This document shows, in pieces, positions 1 through 12,755 of a DNA stretch of 64,000 bases (the first letter of the stretch is position 1; the number at the start of each line of letters is the position of its first letter). The notes under the pieces were generated by a model. It was not told the origin of the DNA. It was given only the letters and a program-made list of their open reading frames with translations, and did no database searches. The stretch covers positions 69,316,001 through 69,380,000 of the forward strand of contig OX597830.1 in NCBI GenBank assembly GCA_951406725.2. The letters run 5' to 3'. Both the position numbers and the translations under genes were made by a program. Source of the stretch: Octopus vulgaris (lineage: Eukaryota).

Positions 1-41
1 TTTTGTCTGGCGTGCTAATGATTCTGCCAGCTCACCTTATA

Positions 42-85
<44 letters not shown>

Positions 86-250
86 TGGAGGTGCATGGCT
101 TAGTGGTTAGGGTGTTGGAGTTCTGATCATGAGTTCATGGCTTTCATTCATGGATCGGACAATGCATTGTATTCTTTGAGACAAATCATTTTATTTCACG
201 TTGCCCCAGTCCACTCAGCTGGCAAAAATGAGTAATCCAGTAAGGAATAT

Positions 251-286
<36 letters not shown>

Positions 287-764
287 GTTTAACGTCTGTT
301 TTCCATGCTGGCATGGGTTGGAGGGTTTGACTGATGTCTGGGAAGCCATTGGCTGCACCAGGCTCCGATCTGATTTTGCAATGTTTCTACAGCTGATGTC
401 CTTCCTAATGCCAATCACTCTGAGAGTGAGTGGATGTTTTACATGCCACCAGCATGTCAGGAGCCAGTCAGGTGGACCTGGCATCGACCATGTTGGATGG
501 TGCTTTTTACATGCCACCAGCATGGGAGCCAACCAGAGAGCTCTGGCATTGACCACTTTTGGATGTTGCAGACCAGACAAACTGGAAAACTGGTTCTGTG
601 CTCCTTACTGAGTTTTGTGGACTAACCATATTAATATATCACCGTGATCACCGTGACTGACCAGGCTATCAGATTTTGCTACACATCGCTGGTCACAATG
701 CGCTTCGCATGGTTTTAGCCTTCAAGTGACGCCACCCACTGGCTAAGCAAGCAGGCCAATATTA

Positions 765-803
<39 letters not shown>

Positions 804-815
804 AACACACACATA

Positions 816-869
<54 letters not shown>

Positions 870-879
870 AACAAACACA

Positions 880-922
<43 letters not shown>

Positions 923-947
923 TCATCATCATCATTATCATCTGTGA

Positions 948-1280
948 ATGCACATGGTTCAGTGGTTAGAGCGTTGATCTTACGATTGTGAGGTTGTGAG
1001 TTTGAATCCTGGACCGGGCTGCATGTTGTGTTCTTGAGCAAGACACTTTATTTCATGTTGCTCCAGTTCACTCAACTGTAGAAATGATTTACAATGTCAC
1101 TGATGCCAAGCTGTATCGGCCTTTGCCTTTCCTTTGGATAACACTGGTGGCATGCAGAGGGGAGGCCGGTATGCATGAGCGACTGCTGGTTTTCCATAAA
1201 CAACCTTTGCACAGACTTGTACCTCAGAGGGTAACTTTCTAGGTGCAATCCCATGGTCAGTCATGACCGAAGGGGGTCTC
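948..1280 (+). mobile_element. SINE family C copy
   Basis: Match to 62275-62600. Confidence 0.8.
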
Positions 1281-1622
1281 AGCATATCATCATCATCATC
1301 ATTTAACATCCATTATCCATGCTGGTATGGGCTGGATGGCTTAACCCAGGCTAGTAAGATGGAAGGCTACACCAGACTCCAATCTGTTTTGGCATGGTTT
1401 CTATGGCTGGATGCCCTTCCTAATGCCAACCACTCTAAGAGTGTAATGGGTGCTTTATACGTTCTACTGACACTGGTGCAGTTTGTGTGACACCAGTATC
1501 TACCACGCCTGTGGTTTTACTTGGCTTGGTGGGTCTTCTTCTCAAGCTTGGCATAATGACAAAAGCCCAACACCCAAGGCACAGCATAATGCCAAATGGT
1601 CTCAGTCCTTGCCTCTGTATGA

Positions 1623-1657
<35 letters not shown>

Positions 1658-2142
1658 TGTGTGCATGTCTTTGAGTCTATGTTTGCCCCCACCATCACCT
1701 GACAGCCAGTGTTGGTGCCTACGTCCCCATATCTTAGCAGTTCAGCAAAAGGAGACCAATGAAATAAGTACCTGGCTTAAAATGAAAATAATAAAGACTA
1801 GGATCGATTCATTCAACTAAAATTCTTCAAAGTAAAAGATTCAAAAGGAAAAAGATATATATATGACAGTTGCTGCGTCTCTACACTTGATGATGGTGTG
1901 CAGCTCAGTGCAATCTTAGGTGCACTGTTTCCTTTAAGCTGTGCACTTGCTCATGTGCATGCATATTTTATGCCTAATGTACAAAAGATAATAATTGTGT
2001 GTACACAAACATTTTTCCTAGAGGAAATTAAATTTCTGCAATAGTTAATGGCTATGATATAATAGTTAATACCTATGCTTTATCAATGTTTCAATTCAAT
2101 TTTATGTTAGTTTTAATTTTTGTTTAACTTTGTGTGATTCAG

Positions 2143-3241
2143 GAATGGCTTTGTGAAATATGTGAGGCAAATGGTTGGAAGCATGAACAATCACCAATAA
2201 TTTGGAGAGAATTGGTTGATCGAGGTGGGAAAGGTGTTTTAATTGGTGGATCGAATGAATTTGAAGAATATGCATACGGCTACTATGGCGTTACTATTGA
2301 TTTGGACGGCAAAAGTATGAAAGTCATTGCTTATGAAAATCAAACCACTAAAATCGAACTTGATGAAGAAGAAAGAGAAAGGATAAGAAACGAAAAATTC
2401 ATTAAAGTGTGCATAACAAATGCTAGTAGCCCAGTTTGTTTCAGTTTGGTCGACAGTTTACTCTCAGGGAAAATATTTGGCAAAGAGAAAATTTCATTGT
2501 GTCTTCTGGACTGCGATCCAGCACAGACAGCTGAATTGCAATACATCGCTGAAAATATACAAAACATGGCTTATGGACTTCTGTATTTGAATGTCTTTGT
2601 TACATCTGACTGTGAAAAAGCTTTTAAAGGAAGTAGAATTATTATCTTTTTGGATGAGGTAGAAAGGAAAGAAGAGGAAAAAGTACATCGGTGGACGGAA
2701 AGAAACGCTGTTCTTTTTGGGTTTTATGGGACAACTCTGTTGAAAGTTGCCAAAAGTGACACGTTTCTATTAGTTGCAGGAAATAATTACATGTGTTTAA
2801 ATATGAGCATATTAAACGAGATTGTTTCTCACATTTCATCCAGAAATATTATTGGTGTTTCAAAAGTAATTGAAAACCAGGCCAAATCTGTTTTAGCTGA
2901 AAAACTGCCAGCAAGCAGCTGCTCCATTGATAACGTTGTTATATTGGGAAGTATCAGCAATGATTATTTGATAGAATTGGACAAGACTTTAGTTAGAGAG
3001 TTTGATTGTGCAGTTGTTGGTCCAGCTACATTCTCTCAGCCATTAAATGATATTTTTCATCAACAAAGCTGGCTCAAGAAGGAGTATGTAAATGAAGTCA
3101 GTTCAAGAAAACACGTCAATGAAATGAATTTACGGCACCCTACCTACCATCTCATTGGTCATGCCATAACAACAACATTAAATTACTGGTGGAATGGTTT
3201 ATCATCAAATGCCATATTCTCTGCGACTCTTATATCCGATG
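2143..3241 (+). CDS. MDH1B: MDH1B-like (malate dehydrogenase 1B) large internal coding exon; upstream exons lie outside the window
   Basis: Acceptor ...gattcAG|GAATGG and donor G|GTAAGC. Translation EWLCEICEANGWKHEQSPIIWRELVDRGGKGVLIGGSNEF...AITTTLNYWWNG matches the characteristic MDH1B SPIIWRELxDRGGKG motif and an MDH fold. Confidence 0.92.
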
Positions 3242-4108
3242 GTAAGCTAAATTCTTCCGTATTTAATCTTAATTCATTTCGGTTACAGTCAGCGTTAAAT
3301 TCTTTAGAAGCGAAAGTTCCAGTTTAGTTCTTTAGAGAGCATTTTTCTTGAACAGCTAGTCATGAAATTTATGACGACAACAAAATCATCATCATCATCA
3401 TCATCATCATTATCCAGTCACTGCCTGGAATCAAACTCGGAATCTCGGGGTTAGTAGCCTGCACTCTTAACCACTATGCCATATGCCCGTGAGCAACTAT
3501 GGAGTAAATTTTAGGGCTTATAAATCTAATATTCTCCTATCCTTCCTTAATACCGGTTCCCGTATGCTGTTCATATCTGCACTCGATCTGCTTAGGAGCT
3601 TCTTGTGTCCTAGCATTTGTGCTGCTTCTTTTGGTTTCCATATTTTCCAGTACACTTAATTGAAAATGAGTACCAAAAATACCATCTTTGCTACATTCAC
3701 CCACCTTTTTATGAAACTTTCACGAGACAAAACCTGCCTCTCCATTCTCATCTTCCTTTTCAAGTGGTACCTGAAAAAGTTGATGAGTGATACTCTAGAC
3801 CTCATAACCTGACTCTAGACTTCCTAACCTGCATTTAAAAGCTCATATCATTATTTGGTTACCACATGATATCCTACAGCGGGGTATATTCTAGGGCTGA
3901 ATGCACATGTGGAATTCTGCTCTACATTAGATTGACACAAGGATAATATAACATGGGGTTGGAGGATAATAAGCTTTAACTGTAGATCACAACATTTATT
4001 TCTTCCTCGCATGAAAGCTTTAAGTTGCTTTGTTTATATTCCAACCACTGACATAGCATTCTTGATGAAAACAAAGCTGTTTAGAAATACTTTCTTTTCT
4101 ATTACCAG

Positions 4109-4239
4109 GTTGGTATGGTGTTCCAGAAGGCATCGCTTTTTCATTCCCAGTAGCATTCTATCTACCATTAGCATATTCTGTCATTGAAAATCTGAATATA
4201 TCTGAAAAATGCAGAGAAGATATGGATTTAATAATCGAA
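4109..4239 (+). CDS. MDH1B: MDH1B-like coding exon
   Basis: ttaccAG|GT TGG... encodes (G)WYGVPEGIAFSFPVAFY...DLIIE, the MDH C-terminal YGVPEG..FSFPV motif. Donor GTAAGT; phase 1 in, phase 0 out. Confidence 0.92.
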
Positions 4240-4291
4240 GTAAGTATCTTGGATTTTTTCTTCTCTATTTTGGTTTTTAATCTCTAAACAT

Positions 4292-4520
4292 TTAAATCCT
4301 TTTGTTACCAACCCGGCTGAAACCAGCTCTGGCTCTGACTACAAATGTCTTGTTTTCATAAGTTTTAAATTAAAATCTTCCACCAAACCTTAGTCACAAT
4401 TTATGTTCCAAACACTAGCTTAATGATAACTAAGTTATTTTACTCAATTCTTTGTTATATTTAAAGTAATTGAAAGAAACACAGAACATCTCAAAATAGA
4501 TGCAGTAACGAAAGGGTTAA
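4292..4520 (-). mobile_element. piggyBac-type MITE copy
   Basis: Reverse complement of 44946-45175; TTAA ends. Confidence 0.7.
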
Positions 4521-4869
4521 ATCCTTTTGCAACCGTATTAATTATGAAATTCGCTATCCATGATAGATTTAGGAAAACAATCTATCTCTAGGTTATTAAG
4601 ATGGTGTTTGGAATATACCAAAAAATGTTCTTTGATAAAATTATGCCAAAAAGGTTATACACTTGCCCAAGATGCCACGCAGTGGGACTGAACCTGGAAC
4701 CATGTATAAACAGTTTGAAATGCCAACCACTTTACAGCGTGTACTGGATGCTGTTGTAAGGGGAGATCACTCTGTAGAGCACAAGACTTGAACTGACCGG
4801 GTTACAGTGGAGGATCCCTTTCAGCTGAATGGAGATACAGTTGAGAAGTGGCTTTGAGCTAGATGAGAG

Positions 4870-5155
4870 GTTAAAGTATGAAAAAGGAACCAGAACTAAA
4901 GAGGTTTCTTTGGGTGTGGTCATCAGCATATAGCAGTTCCCACAGGTATTTGCTCTTAAATTCTTCCATTGTTGCCTGGATAATTGTGATGAATAGAAAA
5001 GGCAACTGTGAACCAAATCCTGATGAACTCCTGTCTGTACTCTAAACTCATCATTGTACTCATAGCTAAACTCTCACCTTACTAACAGCATCTCTGTGCA
5101 TGTCTTTTATGGTTCTCACAAGCCATTCTTCCACTAACTAGCTCTCTCAACAAGT
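4870..5155 (-). mobile_element. RTE-type LINE reverse transcriptase fragment
   Basis: Minus strand encodes ...FLFITIIQATMEEFKSKYLWELLYADD. Confidence 0.65.
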
Positions 5156-5394
5156 AGCATGCAAAAACACCTTTCGAGCATAGTTGTTGCCAGAACTGCC
5201 TGACTGGCCCTTGTGCCAGTGGTACGTAAAAGCACCCACTACACTCTCAGAGTGGTTGGCATTAGGAAGGGCATCCAGCTGTAGAAACTCTGCCAGATCA
5301 GATTGGAGTCTGGTGCAGCCTCTGCCTCACCAGTCCTCAGTCAAACCGTCCAACCCATGCCAGCATGGAGGGCGGACGTTAAACGATGATGATG

Positions 5395-5431
<37 letters not shown>

Positions 5432-5874
5432 AGTGCTGTGTGGAAAGAAGCTTGCTTCCCAATCTCATGATTCCAGGTTCAGTCCCACTGCATGGCACCT
5501 TGAGCAAACCACAAGACCACAAGGTGAGAAATCCTGAAGACAGCTTAGTACAACAGCTTACTTTTAGCTTAGTACTTCTCCTGCACACTAGTCTCATTCA
5601 TAGCACTTTCGTCCCCGGCACAAAATCAAACCACATCTCATCTACTCTCTCTCTTTCTTTCTCCAATTAATTGAGCTATGACTCTTTCCATAGCTTTCTC
5701 GACCTAGTCCAGCTGTTTGATGCCTCTGTAGTTACTTCAATCTGTGGCAGACCCTTTACTTTTGTAGCAGTTGTCTTCGATGCTGTTTAATCAGTCATTC
5801 GGTATGACATCTTCCTGTATAACCTCATTCACTATACTAATAACTAGGGTTTATCCTTTTCCTCCACACCCACA

Positions 5875-5905
<31 letters not shown>

Positions 5906-6154
5906 TCACGCACATCATCCTCAACATCCATATCATGATCATCATAATCACGATCTTCATTATCATCATCATTGTCATCATTTAAATGGTGGTGGTAGTG
6001 GTGGTGGTGGTGGTGGTAGTGATGGTGGTGATGTGTATGTGTGTGTCTATGTATTTATGAAGCAGAAGTCTTCTTTCTGCATGCATCATTTTACATATGA
6101 AACCTTCATTTTGGTCAGTGGTGTACGTTAATTAATATGTTATATTTTTGACAG

Positions 6155-6329
6155 AACTTGGTAAAAGATAGAGCCTTGTTTGTAGTCAAGGATGGAAAAT
6201 TGATCTCAAAAGTTGTGTCTGTTGAATCATTACCAGAATCAGAAGAGACTGATTACTCAGCGTTTATGAGTTCCAGAACACCGTCCAGTCAAAGAAGTGA
6301 CGTCTTAAGCTTTCTGCTGGAAGAAATGG
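6155..6329 (+). CDS. MDH1B: MDH1B-like coding exon
   Basis: tttttgacAG|AACTTG encodes NLVKDRALFVVKDGK...LLEEM; donor G|GTAAGG; phase 0 in, phase 1 out, consistent with neighbours. Confidence 0.8.
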
Positions 6330-6636
6330 GTAAGGCAAAAAAAAAAAAAAAATCGAGGCTTACTAGTTTTGCTATCAAATTACACAAAGGTGGTGAGCTG
6401 GCAGAGTCGTTACCAAGCTGGGGGAAATGCTTAGTGACCTTAGTTCTGAGTTCGAATTCCATTAAGGTCGACTTTGCATTTCATCCTTTTGGGGTCAATA
6501 AAATAAGTACCAGTTGAGTACTGGGGCTGATGTAATCACCTTACCCCTCCCTCAAAATTGCTGGCCTTGTGCCAACATCTGAAACTGTTATTAAATTACT
6601 TGAAAGCAGTGAGATGGCAGAATTAGTATCACACTA

Positions 6637-6868
6637 AGGCGGCAAGCTGGCAGAAACGTTAGCACACTGGGCGAAATGCTTAGCAGTATTTCGTCTGCCA
6701 CTACGTTCTGAGTTCAAATTCTGCCGAGGTCGACTTTGCCTTTAATCCTTTCAGGGTCGATAAACTAAGTACCAGTTATGCACTGGGGTTGATATAATCG
6801 ACTTAGTCCGTTTGTCTGTCCTTGCTTGTCCTCTCTGTGTTTAGCCCCTTGTGGGCAGTAAAGAAATA
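6637..6868 (+). mobile_element. SINE family B (core resembles MetaSINE/MESC)
   Basis: ggcggcaagctggcagaaacg...ctgagttcaaatt...gtcgactttgcctttcatcc...aagtaccag. Copies at 9260, 11770, 12524, 22075, 30698, 58898 on + and 32972, 37553, 49752 on -. Confidence 0.8.
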
Positions 6869-7033
6869 GGTATTTCATCTGTCTTTACATTCTGAGTTCA
6901 AATTCTGCTGAGGACGACTTTACCTTTTATCCTTTAAGGGTTGATAAATTAATTACCAGTTGCGTACTGCAGTCGATCTAATCGACTGGCCCCCTCCCCC
7001 AAAATTTCTGGCCTTGTGCCTAGAGTAGAAAAG

Positions 7034-7610
7034 AATATTTACCAAGAGAGAAAACCCTCATATGGTTAACTGGTGCACAAAGGCACGTCATATCTATCAC
7101 CAGTGGCAGACAATCAACACTACTTCCACTGCTCAGACCATCACATCATATGATTTTGGCCTGATTGGGCTTTTTCAATATAACCATATGGATGTCTTGT
7201 CTCTCGGTAAATATTGCAGTATTTAATTGTTTTAATGCAAATTTCACTTTTAAGTGGTGAATATTTTACCTTTGGTTCTTAATATTACCTCTGTCACTCT
7301 ATTTTTTAATAAGCCCACTGGCCTTTAGCAACATCAGTGCCAGTTATGGCTCTGTATTTCTATGTATATTGCTAGCATGGCAGTTACTGCTATTTCCAGC
7401 TATTTGGTGTCCATCACTGAAATGGCCAAATGAGGCTGAAATCACGTGATCTGGTAGTCCAAGCAGTAGAAGTAGTAGTGATTGTCTACTGCTGGCGATA
7501 ACTATGATGTGCTTCTATGCACCATATAAGCATATGAGAGTTTTCTCCCTTGGTAAATATTACAGCATTTGTGTTCTAATGCAACGCCCTCTTTTAAGTG
7601 GTGAATATTT

Positions 7611-7615
<5 letters not shown>
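7034..7615. mobile_element. Older, diverged fold-back plus direct-repeat element ending in (TA)n
   Basis: About 7034-7175 is a diverged inverted copy of about 7420-7561; about 7180-7272 repeats about 7527-7614 directly. Confidence 0.65.
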
Positions 7616-7658
<43 letters not shown>

Positions 7659-7660
7659 AG

Positions 7661-8059
7661 GTGCAGGAGTGGCTGTGTGGTAAGTAGCTTGCTTACCAAC
7701 CACATGGTTCCGGGTTCAGTCCCACAGCGTGGCACCTTGGGCAAGTGTATTCTACTATAGCCTCGGGCTGACCAAAGCCTTGTGAGTGGATTTGGTGGAC
7801 GGAAACTGAAAGAAACCCGTCGTATATATGTATATGCATATATATATGTGTGTGTGTGTGTTTGTGTGTCTGTGTTTGTTCCCCCGTATCTTATGGTGTG
7901 TTTACGTCCCCCGTATCTTAGCGGTTCGGCAAAAAAGACCGATAGAATAAGTTTTAGGCTTACAAGGAATAAATCCTGGGGTTGATTTGCTCAACTAAGG
8001 GCAGTGCTCCAGCATGGCCACAGTCAAATGACTGAAACAAGTAAAAGAGTAAAGAGAGA
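7661..8059 (+). mobile_element. tRNA-derived SINE family A (internal TA/TG microsatellite)
   Basis: ggagtggctgtgtggtaag...ggttcagtcccac...gactgaaacaagtaaaagag. Many copies, e.g. 23839, 27232, 34113, 58471 on + and 8449, 29588, 42692, 54170, 59134 on -. Confidence 0.85.
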
Positions 8060-8448
8060 ATATGAATTATACAATAGCTAAAGTGTATATTATTATAATA
8101 TCCATTAATACCAATCTTACCAGTTGGTTTTGCACCAGAGATTCAAAAGAGTGTTAGGTAACAATCCAATCATGTAACCCTACACTCTTCATAGCTACAT
8201 ACAATTTATATCTGGATATTTCTACTTTTGTATTCAGTGTTTACTTCACTAAAGCACCTCATTTGTTTTTAATGAAATACAGAGCTAGTCAAAGTGCCAT
8301 GTCAGAGAATTGCCTTTGATGTTCATGTTTGGTTTGCATGCTAGTAGGAGTTAGAGGGTAGAGGTGAAGTACAGAGATGTAGATGTGGTGGTGGTGGTGG
8401 TGGTGGTAGGTGGTGGGTGGAGAATCCTTCAGGAGATTAATTGATTAC

Positions 8449-8657
8449 TCTCTTACTTGTTTCAGTCATTTGACTGTGGCCATGCTGGAGCACCACCTTT
8501 AGTCGAGGAAATCGACCCCGGGACTTATTCTTTGTAAGCCCAGTACTTATTCTATCGGTCTCTTTTGCTGAACAGCTAAGTGACGGGGACGTAAACACAC
8601 CAGCATCGGTTGTCAAGCAATGCTAGGGGATACAAACACAAACACACACACATACAC

Positions 8658-8706
<49 letters not shown>

Positions 8707-8873
8707 CATATATACGACAGGCTTCTTTCAGTTTCCGTCTACTAAATCCACTCACAAGGCATTGGTCAGCCCGGGGCTATAGCAGAAGACACTTGCCCAA
8801 GATGCCATGCAGTGGGACTGAACCTGGAACCATGTGGTTGGATAGCAAGCTACTTACCACACAGCCACTCCTG
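8449..8873 (-). mobile_element. SINE family A copy
   Basis: Reverse complement of 7661-8059. Confidence 0.85.
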
Positions 8874-8911
8874 ATTGATTGCTTTTTATATATATATTTT
8901 TTCTAATTCAG

Positions 8912-9135
8912 TTGAAGAACAAGAAGCACTGGAGAGGAGACGTACGAAAATGTCCGCATCCTCAATGCCACGTGGGAGCCTAGACAGTGAGCACGACTTA
9001 GAGCTTGAAAATCTAGACGCTATAATGCCTGAAGAAGAGGTGGAAGAGGAAATTTCAGAAACTGCATTAAATACTGAAGATATCGAGATAGAAGATAATA
9101 ATAATAATCCACCAGCAGAAGAAACTGAACAATAA
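8912..9135 (+). CDS. MDH1B: MDH1B-like terminal coding exon (acidic tail)
   Basis: ttctaattcAG|TT GAA GAA completes the phase-1 codon; (V)EEQEALERRRTK...PPAEETEQ* is open to the TAA ending at 9135. Confidence 0.75.
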
Positions 9136-9259
9136 TTAGTTTATAATCTAAACTAAAATATTTTATTATTGAAAAAGATCAAAATATTTCTAGTTTTTAT
9201 ATTTCATTTTGATTATGATTTTTTTCTTCTTATTTCTTGTGGTGCTGGAGATAATGGGT

Positions 9260-9490
9260 AAGGCGGCAAGCTGGCAGAAACGTTAGCACGCTGGGCGAAA
9301 TGCGTAGCTGTATTTCGTCTGCCGTTACGTTCTGAGTTCAAATTCCACCGAGGTCGACTTTGCCTTTCATCCATTCGAGGTCGATAAATAAAGTACTAGT
9401 TTCGCACTGGGGTTGATGTAATCAACTTAATCCCTTTGCCTGTCCTTGTTTGTCCCCTCTATGTTTAGCCCCTTGTGGGTAGTAAAGAAA
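9260..9490 (+). mobile_element. SINE family B copy
   Basis: Match to 6637-6868. Confidence 0.8.
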
Positions 9491-10989
9491 TATATATTAT
9501 ATTTTGCAGCATACAATCTAAATTTTTCAAACCAAAATTAACAGCCAAAAATGAGGTAGATCAACATATATACAAAGACAAATCTGGAAGACCAAAATTT
9601 CCATGTGGAAAACAGGATTTTGGAAAGATAGTAGGGATAATTGAATGTTTACACTATATATCATCATCATCATCATCATCATCATTGTTTAACGTCCGTT
9701 TTCCATGCTAGCATGGGTTGGACGATTTGACTGAGGACTGGCGAACCAGATGGCTGCACCAGACTCCAATCTGATCTGGCAGAGTTTCTACAGCTGGATG
9801 CCCTACCTAATGCCAACCACTCCGAGAGTGTAGTGGGTGCTTTTATGTGCCACTGGCACAAGGGCCAGTCTGGCGGTACTGCCAACGGCCACACTCAAAT
9901 GGTGTTTTTTACATGCCACCTGCACAGGACTCAGCCCAGCGGCACTGGCAACGACCTCGCTACAATAATTTGTATACCAGAAAAAATACGGTTGGCTTTA
10001 CCTTGGTCAATATATAATTGTTTTTCCATTAGCTCATGACTACAAAATTGCAGGATAAGAAGATAATTAATTGAATAAAACTGCAGTATTTACCTGATAC
10101 TTATTTTATCACATGTGGCAAAACCGTTTCTGGCAGAATTTAGATTTAGAACATAGAGGAGTGGAAATAAATGCTGTACAACATTTGTTATACTGATCAG
10201 GCATGTGAACTACATGGTGCCTCACCACTCTCTTCATTTCTCTTTCCAACTCTGCCCACCCACCGTCATATAATACAGAGTAGCTATGTGTAAAAAATTT
10301 TCTTTGTCCAAGCCTAGATTTGAAACCGAATCTAAGAATTCTCGGTTGTCCAAACCACCACGATCAACAGGTGCGAAAAAAGGTTTCCTTTATACTGTCA
10401 AAAAGTGATTGATCATCTCCCTTTGACCTACGACCTCAGCCATGTCAGGCGAAGTTCAAATGGACAGGAGCTGACCTATTTAAGTGTAAACGCTGCTGCA
10501 GTATGTCTGTCCTTCTAGCTGCCACGATTATTATAAATACAGTGATCAACAGACAGACAGGGGAGAAAGGCCTAGCAGGAAAACGAGAATGGTCGACAAC
10601 ACGACAGGTTTTGAATGACCGTAAAGACTTGAGAGAAATGTTCGAAGTTCCACAGTCGACTACTGATCTCAGATGAACTACGCATGCACACACATATTCA
10701 TCTATGTATTTCTTGGTGATGGGTGAAATAGTGCTAAGCATTTCGTCCAGTGTGCTGACAATTCTGCTAGCTTGCTGCCTTTATAATAATAATAATAATA
10801 ATAATCTCTCTCTCTCTCTCTTTCAGAGAGGCACTGAGCACCTACACACACATATATACACACGGCAGTAACTTCCGCCTACCGAATTCAATCACAAAGC
10901 TTCGGTCGACTCGGGGCTATAGTGGAAGACACCTGCCCAAAGTGAATAATAATAATAATAATAATAATAATGATAATAATAATAATAAA

Positions 10990-11478
10990 CTTATTGTATA
11001 CAGTGCTCAGGTGCACTACTACTCATCAGGAAAAATGTAACCAAAACTGCATGAGCAGTACATAGAATATGCACAGAAACAGAACAATGAAAAAGTCTTT
11101 AGAAAAAAAAAGAAGAAAAATGAGAGTTGGGAAGGGCATCAGATGTACTGTTGGCAAATTTCAGAAAGCATGGAAGTTTTGAAGGGAGTAGTGTCTCGAC
11201 TGTGCTAACAACTGATGCAGGCAGTTTATTCCATGCTTCAGCAATTTTGTGTGTAAAAATGTGTTTCCTAAAATCACGAGTGCTGTGTTGTTTTTTTGAT
11301 TTTGTAAGCATGTCCATATGTGTTAGACAATGGAATTCCCCAAAAAGTGACCAAGGATGTTGTTGGAAAAACGGTGGATAATCTTGTGAGTGTCTCCCAA
11401 GTCAGTTACCAGATGTCAGAGCTTGAATGTGTTCATGTACAGGGAAGCAAGATGTTCAGAGTACGCTAGATGCCTATA
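10990..11478 (-). mobile_element. CR1-group LINE 3' end
   Basis: Reverse-complement match to 60305-60858; ends in a (TAA)n tract. Confidence 0.7.
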
Positions 11479-12523
11479 AGTCTGGTTGATGAATGTTTCT
11501 GAACGAGAAACCTGCTGTCGTCTCTCTGTTATATTTTAGCCCCTCAACACTTGGTGTAAGCCACCTTTTTCTCAACTACGGCCCCCAATAAGTTGTGGAG
11601 AATCTTTAGTCTTGCAAGTTACTTTGTAATTTCATTTGTGATGATTCCACAAAAAGAGCATCCACTGTACTCTGCAGAGTACAGTGGTGTTAGGAAGAGC
11701 ATCCAGCCATAAAAACAATGCTAAGGCTGACATTGGAACACAAAGTAGTCCTCTGACCTGTCAGATATACGCCGGGCGAAATGCGTAACCGAATTTCTTC
11801 TGCCATTGCATCCTGAGTTCAAATTCCACCGAGGTCGACTTTGCCTTTCATCCTTTTGGGGTCGATTAAATAAGTACCGGTTACGCACTGGGGTCGATCT
11901 AATCGACTTAATCCGTTTGTCTGTCCTTGTTTGTCCTCTCTGTGTTTTAACCCCTTGTGGGTAGTAAAGAAATAGATATTGCCAAACCATCCAGCTGATG
12001 TCCACATGGAAGACTGAGATGAGAAGATGGTGGTGGTAGTGGTGGTGGTGGTGATGATGATTATGATGATGGCAATGATGATGATACACTCCATAAGAGA
12101 CCCACTTGGCAGAGTCATTACAGTATCAGATTGCTTTGTGGTATTCATTCTCTCTGTGTTCTGAGTTCAAATTCCACTTATGGTAATCTTTACATTTCTT
12201 TCTTTGTGGTGGTCAATAGATAAATTATCAGCCCTGCAATGGAGTTGAGATTTTTCTCTCTGCCTTTTCTTTATTTTTTTCTGGAAGAAACCAACTGTGC
12301 TCAGACCTGAAGAGGAATAGAATCTTCTAAATCAGTAGTTCTTAACCATTTTTTGCCTATGGACCTCTTTGATTCCAATTTCATTTGGTTGGACCCTCAT
12401 AGACATTCAATGTTTAAAAAATCCTATTACAGTAATCCATTAACTATCATGGTTGTTATGTTCCAATCGCCTCCCCACCTCAATAGGTGAAAACCCGTGA
12501 AGTAGAAACAGCACTGTATTGTA

Positions 12524-12755
12524 AGACGGCGAGCTGGCAGAAACATTAGCACGCCGGGCGAAATGCTTAGCGGTATTTTTTCTACCGCTACGTTCTGAGT
12601 TCAAATTCTGCCAAGGTCGACTTTGCCTTTCATCCTTTTGGGGTCGATAAATTAAGTACCAGTTATGCACTGGGGTCGATGTAATTGACTTAAACCCTTT
12701 GTCTGTCCTTGTTTGTCCCCTCTATGTTTAGCCCCTTGTGGGCAATAAAGAAATA
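12524..12755 (+). mobile_element. SINE family B copy
   Basis: Match to 6637-6868. Confidence 0.8.

Noticed and set aside
3242-3327. ORF-track extension of MDH1B to 3327 and start at 2134
   Set aside because: Intron read-through; homology continues in the exon at 4109 after a GTAAG donor, and 2143 follows an acceptor.
12085-12148. SDTVMTLPSGSLME on the - strand, superficially like the UGPase C-terminus
   Set aside because: The true terminal exon is at 19085-19192; this match is short, lacks splice context and sits among repeats.
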